Source: a virus
Strand: one strand, 5' to 3'
DNA length: 64,000 nucleotides
Virus record (IMG/VR): IMGVR_UViG_3300025289_000026
Location: 1 to 64,000 of that record
In this document: positions 57,453 through 64,000 of the stretch, piece after piece
How the letters are laid out: every line of letters begins with the position of its first letter
Position numbering within the stretch: the first letter of the stretch is position 1
Notes under the pieces: generated by a model
Databases searched by the model: none
Told to the model about the DNA's origin: nothing
What the model saw: the letters and a program-made list of their open reading frames with translations, nothing else
Made by a program: the position numbers and the translations under genes

Positions 57453-58036
57453 AGGATTTCCTCGAGTGTCTTGGTGGCGGCCAGCGCGGTCTTGAGGCTG
57501 ACTCCGCGGAGTTGTTGTAGTTGTAATAATGCTTCGAGTACCGGGAGATCCCCAAGATGCAGGATGTTGCCCCACAGGTTTTCGACTCGCTTGGTCAAGG
57601 GGAAGTTGAATGGCGACGCGAGCATCTCGGTGATGAACTCCATGTTGTCCGCCGGTACCCCGTGGGTCAGGGCCACGCGGGCCACGTCCTCGAGGTCTCC
57701 CTTGATGACCGAGGGGGCACCGAACGCTACCCCACGGTACACCACGAGTCCGGCGGAACTGAACTTGCCTGCGCTATAGTCATCCACGGCAAACCATGCC
57801 GTCATGGTCCCGGGGATCGACATCCCGACCTCAAGACCCCATTTTCTATGGGTTGAGCGCACCAGGGTGGCCATGTGGTAACTCGCGGCCTCCATGGCCA
57901 TGATGGAGGTTATGGCCGGCCGTCGCAGTTCTTCCAGGCGCTCACCCGAGGGATTCTCCAGGTAATCCCCGTGGTCGAGAAACCGGTACTCCGGTTTTTC
58001 AGGAAGGACGGTTCCCCAGAATGCTCGCCAGAACAT
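57449..58036 (-). CDS. Hypothetical protein
   Basis: GAGGAA RBS before MFWRAF; ATGA overlap with the helicase. Confidence 0.6.
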   Translation of the reverse strand: MFWRAFWGTVLPEKPEYRFLDHGDYLENPSGERLEELRRPAITSIMAMEAASYHMATLVRSTHRKWGLEVGMSIPGTMTAWFAVDDYSAGKFSSAGLVVYRGVAFGAPSVIKGDLEDVARVALTHGVPADNMEFITEMLASPFNFPLTKRVENLWGNILHLGDLPVLEALLQLQQLRGVSLKTALAATKTLEEIL

Positions 58037-58334
58037 CTCGTTCCTCGTGGTTGTGCTCCAGGGCGTTGGCAATATCGTCCCGTAGGCAGTTAAAAAAATA
58101 GGCAAAGGCCTTGAGGGTCTCGCGGTCCATCACCATGTTGTTGTTTGCAGCCGTGGGGCTGTTGGATATCGTGCCCTTGGCCACCAGCTCCCCACGGCTC
58201 GACAGCATGGCGAACTCACAGCCGAGCAACAACTTGGATTCCTCATCCGCTGGCCCAGGGGTTATCCCGGGTTCCGGGGGGGAGATACGGAACTCCCCCC
58301 CGAGGATACGGATTTCTTTGATCTCGATCTTCAT
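57999..58334 (-). CDS. Hypothetical protein
   Basis: GGAGGA RBS, ATGA overlap. Confidence 0.7.
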   Translation of the reverse strand: MKIEIKEIRILGGEFRISPPEPGITPGPADEESKLLLGCEFAMLSSRGELVAKGTISNSPTAANNNMVMDRETLKAFAYFFNCLRDDIANALEHNHEERDVLASILGNRPS

Positions 58335-58771
58335 TTGTCCTCCTCTGGTTTTGTGATCTTGGCGGTGAAGCTCTTGGTCTTGATGGCCGTGAGGGCTTCG
58401 GACGGAAGGGCCTTGGCCTTCACCAAGGTCTCGAGCGTAGCGGTCAAGACGACAGGCTCCTTGGGTTCCACGAGGCCAGGGTATTGTTCGAGCGGGTTTG
58501 ACAACAGGGTCTTGAGGACTGCGGTATCCACGAAGCGGTTCGGCGTGAGCGAGAGACTGAAGCTCTTGCCCGTTACATCACGGAAGTCCTTGTTTGATTC
58601 GGCCTCTTGCTTGGACAATTCGACGAGTCGTTTCTCGATCGCGTCTTTGTTATCTACAAGCTTGGTGTACAACCTGATTTTGTCGCCGTGCTCTGTCATC
58701 AGGATCTCGATCGTGCTGTTGGATTGATCGAGGGCATCGCGTTGAATTTTGATTTTTTCAGGTAAGCGCAT
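58331..58771 (-). CDS. Hypothetical coiled-coil protein
   Basis: AAAGGAG RBS. Confidence 0.75.
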   Translation of the reverse strand: MRLPEKIKIQRDALDQSNSTIEILMTEHGDKIRLYTKLVDNKDAIEKRLVELSKQEAESNKDFRDVTGKSFSLSLTPNRFVDTAVLKTLLSNPLEQYPGLVEPKEPVVLTATLETLVKAKALPSEALTAIKTKSFTAKITKPEEDK

Positions 58772-58808
58772 GGTACTCCTTTGGGGTATGGGTTAAGTAG
58801 ATCGTCCT

Positions 58809-58837
58809 CTTATGAGCACCAGATCATGTATTTTCAC
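58809..58837 (-). promoter_or_regulatory. Variant bipartite promoter GTGAAA-N17-CATAAG
   Basis: Same 17-nt spacing; about 38 nt upstream of the 58771 start, heading the core replication genes. Confidence 0.55.
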
Positions 58838-59180
58838 TGGCCCAGCGGGTCAAACGATCGTAGGCGTATTGCTCATGTTCCTCGGCCGTGGCCTTGAGGA
58901 TACCGATGAGCCGGTCGAGTTGCTTTTTCTCATCGCCCGGGTGACACGGGGTCTTGGCAAACACCCGGATCCCCACCTTGCTGAACTCAAGGTTACGGGC
59001 ATTGTCCAGTTCGGCCGACACCCAGCCGATTTGGCTTGGATCGATACCCCGGAGATCCGGGGCCTCAACCTTCACCTCCACGGGGGTCATGACCGTGGCC
59101 CCGAGGTATCCTTGTTTTGTCGTGGTGGCGCCCCCGGTCCTCGCGCCCAACAGTGCGGAAAGTGCATCATTTCGATTCAT
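58824..59180 (-). CDS. Hypothetical protein
   Basis: AAGGAG RBS before MNRND. Confidence 0.7.
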   Translation of the reverse strand: MNRNDALSALLGARTGGATTTKQGYLGATVMTPVEVKVEAPDLRGIDPSQIGWVSAELDNARNLEFSKVGIRVFAKTPCHPGDEKKQLDRLIGILKATAEEHEQYAYDRLTRWASENT

Positions 59181-59844
59181 GGGTAAGCTCCTTGCTAAAT
59201 TCTTTGGCCGACATCGCGGCACTCCAGGCCACCGATACGGCTTCCTTGAGTTGTGTCAACTGTGTCCCCGGGTTCTCCACCATGGACCCACGGGCGACTT
59301 TCCCGGGGTCCCACGACACCACCGCGGGGTATCGAAGTGTCTTGGCAATGCTTTTGCCAGGAACCTCGAGGTAATGGACGGTGTCGGACGCCTTGGTGAT
59401 GGTGTTGCGGGTCACAAGGGTCGCGGCTCTCTCGCCTAGCAGCAGGATGATCTTGGGGTCCACGATGTAGATTTCCTGCATGAGCCTTGGGTTACAGGCG
59501 AGTAGTTCGTCTCGTGTAGGTGATCTCGGCTTACGCTTGATCCCTTCGTCGGTGTCCTCATCGTATGATGGCCGGCACAGCACCATCGAGGTGATGTAGA
59601 CATCGTATTGGCGTGATATCCCCAGGGGGGTGAATATCTCGTCCAACAGACTCCCGGCCTCACCCCTGAGGGGGAACCCGACCTTATCCTCGTAGGCGCC
59701 AGGTGGTTCCCCGATGATCATGAGGTTGGCATTTATCCCACCTTCACCGAACACCACCTTGGTTCGCCGCGTACACAGGTCAGGACACCGGAGGCACCCC
59801 TTGTACTCTTCGAATAGTTGTTTGATATCACTTCGTTTGTCCAT
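59167..59844 (-). CDS. Family-4 uracil-DNA glycosylase-like protein (degenerate active site)
   Basis: CLRC...VVFGEG..A.LMIIGEPPG..ED..G.P..G.AG..L, LCRP, EI..VDPKIILLLG. Confidence 0.85.
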   Translation of the reverse strand: MDKRSDIKQLFEEYKGCLRCPDLCTRRTKVVFGEGGINANLMIIGEPPGAYEDKVGFPLRGEAGSLLDEIFTPLGISRQYDVYITSMVLCRPSYDEDTDEGIKRKPRSPTRDELLACNPRLMQEIYIVDPKIILLLGERAATLVTRNTITKASDTVHYLEVPGKSIAKTLRYPAVVSWDPGKVARGSMVENPGTQLTQLKEAVSVAWSAAMSAKEFSKELTHESK

Positions 59845-59845
59845 T

Positions 59846-61150
59846 TTACACATCCTTCTGGACCCTGTAGCCCGAGACCGTCAGGGATTCCATTGTCTTG
59901 TTCAGTGTCCTGATGAAGGCTGGGTGCCGCGCCGCGTAAAACCATGCCTGCGGTTCTTGCCCGCCTTCACGTTCGAGCCGCCCAACCGTCTGGACCACGG
60001 CGTTGCGGTCTTTCATCGGGGTCACGACCCTGAGGGTATCGAGTGATGGTTCACTCAATCCTTCTTTTCCGAATAGCTCGATTGCCAAGGTAATGGGCTT
60101 GGTCCGGAGGTTCGCGAGCCGGACATCTGCCGGAGTTTCCATGATGTTGATCCCGGGGGCAAGGTCATGCAACCTGTCCCTGAGGTTCAACAATACTTGC
60201 CGACGGCTCGAGATGATGAGTTGCTTTCGAAGTTGACGGTATCCTTCTCGAATGTCTGTCTCCAGGACCCCGAGGTATTGTTCCGATTCGGCCAACTGGG
60301 TGACCGCCACGGCGTAGTTGTCGTCCAGCAGCAGGTCATCCATCCGGACGAGCCGGAAGAATACCGAGGCCTTGGCCCTGGTGGAGTCTCGATAGAACAC
60401 GTTCTTACTCAAGGCATGGTAGTAGACGAACGACAGGTAGTCCTCTCGCGCCAGGGTGGCGGACAACCCTATGCGGCGCCCTGGGAAAGCATTGGCCACC
60501 CCGGAGAACACGGGGGCAGCGAGATGATGCATCTCGTCCATAATAATGCATCCATATATTTCGCCTAGCATACGCTTGTTAGTTTCATCGAGCGCAAGGA
60601 CCGACTGGACCAGCGCGACGGTGAAGGGCTGGAGATCAAGATCTCCGGATATCACCCGGCCTACCCGTTTGATCGACGTCTCCTTCAGGATCACCTCGGT
60701 CCATTGTTCCAGGATGTCTTTCGTGTGGGCCACCACCAGGGTCCAGCGACCGTACTCCACCGCGGCCTTGAGGGCGATGTACATCTTGCCCTCTCCGCAC
60801 CGAAGACTCACGATAGCGTCGGACTGCCCTGGGGGCAGGGTCCCGGCGTCCCGGAGGAACTGGATGGCATCGACCTGCAACTGGTCCCTCGGGACAATAG
60901 CGCAGTGCTCCGCCACCGTGGGGAAATCCTTGGGGCCACGGTAGTGCGTAGGGGTAGAGGCGAGGTCAAGGTAGTGCCTTGGGGCCACGATGTGGTCGGG
61001 GGTCTCGTGGTACAGTTTCACCACCTTGGCCACGGTTGCCCTTCCGGTGGGTAGTACAATATACTGTAGGTCGTACATGGCTTTATCGGCCTCGGGGGTA
61101 CCCCGGGGTAACCAAAGCATTTGATCCAGGAGGATACCCGTGTTCGACAT
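59846..61150 (-). CDS. SF2 helicase (UvsW/Rad25-like)
   Basis: CGEGK, MDEMHH, GLSAT..RED, QTVGRLER. Confidence 0.88.
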   Translation of the reverse strand: MSNTGILLDQMLWLPRGTPEADKAMYDLQYIVLPTGRATVAKVVKLYHETPDHIVAPRHYLDLASTPTHYRGPKDFPTVAEHCAIVPRDQLQVDAIQFLRDAGTLPPGQSDAIVSLRCGEGKMYIALKAAVEYGRWTLVVAHTKDILEQWTEVILKETSIKRVGRVISGDLDLQPFTVALVQSVLALDETNKRMLGEIYGCIIMDEMHHLAAPVFSGVANAFPGRRIGLSATLAREDYLSFVYYHALSKNVFYRDSTRAKASVFFRLVRMDDLLLDDNYAVAVTQLAESEQYLGVLETDIREGYRQLRKQLIISSRRQVLLNLRDRLHDLAPGINIMETPADVRLANLRTKPITLAIELFGKEGLSEPSLDTLRVVTPMKDRNAVVQTVGRLEREGGQEPQAWFYAARHPAFIRTLNKTMESLTVSGYRVQKDV

Positions 61151-62153
61151 ATATGATGATGCTGGAGCGTTACTGAAGCGGCTCTACCCAGATGTCTCTC
61201 AACTTCCCAAGTTTGTCCTCATGGGCCAACCCAGGCAATTCGATCTTCCAAAGTATGCGTCCGATGACTTTGCCGTCGCGGTGCCGCTGCACGATGGGAT
61301 CAAGTATGCTTACCCCTTGATGACCCCTGGGGCCACGGCGGTGAGTTGTCTCTACTTCGAACATACGCATCAAAATCTTCCTGCTGATCTTCGCAAGGAA
61401 GCGGCCACTCGATTGCTCGAAGCATGTGACCACCATTCCCTGGAGGTGACGGAAAAAGTTGCGGAATTAGCGACAGAGTATCAGGAAGAAGAAAAAACCG
61501 CAAGTTTTAAGACCCGGTTCCCGGACCAAGGGATCGAGGGCACCCCGTGGTTCCCTCTCTCGACGGCCGAACAAGTAAAGCTCGCGACAGACCTATACCC
61601 CCAGATCATCCGAAAACTGGCACCATCGGAACGACGGGAGTTTACCTTGAACCTGCAGAAACAGGCGTCGGCCCATGGGCTCGGGATGCCCGATACCGCT
61701 GCCCAGTGGGGCGGGAACGTCTTGGCCAAGGGGCTGGTGCTCGATGGCGTGGAGAAGCGGGCCTCCATGATGAATCCCCAGCAGGCCGAGTTGCTCCGGG
61801 GGGCGATTGACCAGATCCTTGTGATGTCACCCGAAAAGGTGGCATCGGTGTTTGAACAGCTGGATCAAGAGCTTGGGTTTGATGTCCTGTGGGACACCAA
61901 GCTGCGGGATCCCCAGGCTATCCATGGGTTTTCTGAACCTGAGGTCGAGTTGGTGAAGTTCGCGGAGTTCGAAATGTCACGTGAACATTGGGACGCAGCG
62001 TGCGATGCGGGCCTGTTGGATGTCTTCGAAGACGACACCAAACGGGCACTTCGCCAGCACCCCGAGGTGTTGGACGAATACACCGGGACCCCGGTGCTCC
62101 AGCACATCCTCGACGGGCTCGAATCCCTTGGGATCGTCCAGGGGGACAACTGA
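61140..62153 (+). CDS. K-x-A-rich head morphogenesis protein with an internal duplicated domain
   Basis: GGAGG RBS; 12 K-x-A motifs; two (Y/F)PL.T...L....R helical repeats. Confidence 0.75.
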   Translation: MFDIYDDAGALLKRLYPDVSQLPKFVLMGQPRQFDLPKYASDDFAVAVPLHDGIKYAYPLMTPGATAVSCLYFEHTHQNLPADLRKEAATRLLEACDHHSLEVTEKVAELATEYQEEEKTASFKTRFPDQGIEGTPWFPLSTAEQVKLATDLYPQIIRKLAPSERREFTLNLQKQASAHGLGMPDTAAQWGGNVLAKGLVLDGVEKRASMMNPQQAELLRGAIDQILVMSPEKVASVFEQLDQELGFDVLWDTKLRDPQAIHGFSEPEVELVKFAEFEMSREHWDAACDAGLLDVFEDDTKRALRQHPEVLDEYTGTPVLQHILDGLESLGIVQGDN

Positions 62154-62222
62154 CGGATAATCATGTATCGTGATGGCGATTCTGTAGCGATGAGGTGACT
62201 CTCGCGTGGACCAGAAACCCAG

Positions 62223-62900
62223 ATGTCAAAAATTTCATCCCTATTCAATCGCCCAGAAATTCATCCCCTTGTACTCGACGTCGGGCTCGTTGAAATCTTT
62301 GGGCCCGAGTGGATCACGTGGGATGGGGACTCCGTCGCGATGGCGGCGGCGAGACAATCGGGCGGATCGGTAAGTCGAGCTACACAGTCGAAAATTAACG
62401 GGTTGCTTGTGCTTCACGGTACCCATGGGTATTGGGAAGACTGGCGGGCATTTGAGGATGTCTCCTGGGGACTGTCGGGCCATCAGGTTGACCTCGCGCA
62501 ATTGACCCCCTTGACCGCCGTGGTGCTGCTCTATGGGTACCGCACGGCCAAGTGGATTGATTCCAAGAGTGAATTCTCTGATGACGTCATTGCCTACATC
62601 TTGGTCGTGATGTTGAGCGAGCAGTTCAGTCTATTGCCTACTGACCTTGGGTTCCTGCAGTCACGATTTCTTGAGGCTAATCCATTGGCCAGCAATAGGG
62701 CCGAGTTGGTGAAGGCGGGGTTGATCGCTGGGATCAAGACTCCAGCGAGCAATACCGAAGAGAATGCGATCTCGGTCGAGTTACTTCGACATTCGAATTT
62801 GGAAACAGTGTTGGCATCCTCGTGTTCCATCGAGATCATTACCCAGCAGGCTGATGCATTTGGGCTAGGCCGTACCGTGCGGGCAGTATTGGAGGTTTAG
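62223..62900 (+). CDS. Hypothetical head-module protein
   Basis: 225 aa directly upstream of the portal-like gene. Confidence 0.75.
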   Translation: MSKISSLFNRPEIHPLVLDVGLVEIFGPEWITWDGDSVAMAAARQSGGSVSRATQSKINGLLVLHGTHGYWEDWRAFEDVSWGLSGHQVDLAQLTPLTAVVLLYGYRTAKWIDSKSEFSDDVIAYILVVMLSEQFSLLPTDLGFLQSRFLEANPLASNRAELVKAGLIAGIKTPASNTEENAISVELLRHSNLETVLASSCSIEIITQQADAFGLGRTVRAVLEV

Positions 62901-62901
62901 C

Positions 62902-64000
62902 ATGAGTGTTACGTTTGGTAATCCAGATCGGCCCTCTACGGTTACGGACTTTGTCGCGCGGGGCGGTACCATTCGGTACCCAAACCCCTTCTTCGACGTG
63001 GCCCAGACCTACATGCCGACCACGGTCAAGCACCTGTTTAGTTTCTGCAAGACCTACTATCTTGGCAACGGGCTGGTCAACAACGTGATCAACCGGATGG
63101 CCTACTACCCAGTGACTAAGCTCCGGTACGGCCAGAAGACCAAGAACAAATCCACCGACGATTATGTCGAATTGTTTGAAGAGCAACTGAACCTTGAATC
63201 CTTCCTCATTGAGGTTGGGGTCAATGTCCTGGTGTTCGGCAACGCCTACATGTCGGTTCACTATCCGATCCGCAAGATGCTCACCTGCACGGCGTGCAAG
63301 CATGAGATGGCGGCCGACACGGTAAATTACAAATTCGAGCGATTTGAATTCAAGCTTAGTCCTTGTCCTCGATGCGGTTCCGTAGCGATCGCTACAGTAC
63401 GGGACATGGCGATAGCATCGTCCAGGAAGATCAACTTGATCCGATGGGACGTGATGGACGTGGAGGTGTTTTTCAACCAAGCCAACGGGATGTCGTATTA
63501 CATCTTGTCGGTCCCCATGACCACTGCCAAGGCCATTACCGAGGGCAACACCCTGTTGATCAACGATACGCCCCAGGTGTTTATCGATGCGGTCAAGCGA
63601 AAGGAGAAGATTCTTCTCAACAGCCAGAATGTATTCCACATGAGGCGCCCGAGCCTCGCGGGCCAGGACATGGGCCTGGGGATCCCGTTGGTTCTCCCGG
63701 CGATGAAAGACCTCTACCTCATGCAGGTGTTGAAGAAGTCCCAAGAGGTCATTGCCCACGAACATATCGTGCCCTTGCGGATCCTCCACCCCGCTACCTC
63801 AACAAACGTGGATCCAATCCAAACGATGGATTTGACTTCATGGCAATCGACTGCCCGGTCAGAGTTGGCCCGTTGGCGGCAAGATCAAAACTATATCCCG
63901 ATGCTCCCGATGCCCATTGGGTTCCAGTATCTTGGGGGCCAGGGAAAATCACTCCTGTTGACCAACGAACTCAAGCAGTTGTCCGAGAGCATCGTGATGT
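62902..64000 (+). CDS. Putative portal protein (3' end outside the window; absent from the ORF track)
   Basis: GGAGG RBS; open to the window end; NGLVNNVINRMAYYPV, VFGNAY, VFHMRRP...GLGIPLVLP portal-like pattern. Confidence 0.75.
   Translation, partial: MSVTFGNPDRPSTVTDFVARGGTIRYPNPFFDVAQTYMPTTVKHLFSFCKTYYLGNGLVNNVINRMAYYPVTKLRYGQKTKNKSTDDYVELFEEQLNLESFLIEVGVNVLVFGNAYMSVHYPIRKMLTCTACKHEMAADTVNYKFERFEFKLSPCPRCGSVAIATVRDMAIASSRKINLIRWDVMDVEVFFNQANGMSYYILSVPMTTAKAITEGNTLLINDTPQVFIDAVKRKEKILLNSQNVFHMRRPSLAGQDMGLGIPLVLPAMKDLYLMQVLKKSQEVIAHEHIVPLRILHPATSTNVDPIQTMDLTSWQSTARSELARWRQDQNYIPMLPMPIGFQYLGGQGKSLLLTNELKQLSESIVM

Noticed and set aside
62839-63789. 316-aa minus-strand ORF and similar long antisense ORFs (7035-8096, 9953-10834, 18546-19610, 46566-47522)
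   Set aside because: Shadow frames of GC-rich genes on the opposite strand; no recognisable motifs
1-64000. Stop-codon reassignment
   Set aside because: Very long intact ORFs and dense packing under the standard code, with all three stops used
1-64000. Apparent abundance of TCGA, GATC and CCCGGG words
   Set aside because: Cannot be quantified by eye and is plausibly explained by codon usage; needs a Markov-corrected k-mer count

Overview
A 64-kb segment of a large, GC-rich tailed phage genome, probably a jumbo myovirus of a diderm host. It uses the standard genetic code, and I found no tRNA, rRNA or CRISPR array. Layout: (1) 1-9.6 kb: mostly minus-strand small accessory genes with strong AAGGAG ribosome-binding sites, interleaved with lysis-type genes (holin-like, spanin-like, GH19 endolysin, SPOR-like). 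(2) 9.6-17.2 kb: basic Lys-x-Ala-rich putative head proteins, a sigma-70-family sigma factor, and fibre and membrane genes. (3) 17.2-45.4 kb: tail/baseplate operon (gp25-like, baseplate J-like, wedge, 2686-aa beta-helix tail fibre). (4) 45.4-61.1 kb: minus-strand replication/recombination operon (UvsY-like, Cas4-like, resolvase, RecA, HU fusion, PolA with a LAGLIDADG intein, SSB, primase, DnaB, degenerate UDG, SF2 helicase). (5) 61.1-64 kb: start of the head module, with a portal-like gene running off the end. Best candidate novelties: a bipartite promoter GTGTAT-N17-CATAAG ahead of the accessory/replication genes while structural and lysis genes carry extended -10, often near-leaderless promoters, with the sigma gene sitting among putative head proteins (hypothesis: virion-delivered sigma factor); a strong K-x-A motif bias suggesting a prohead protease code; and an unassigned pseudoknotted RNA behind a highly basic protein. 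All protein calls are from motif recognition by eye, not from database searches.
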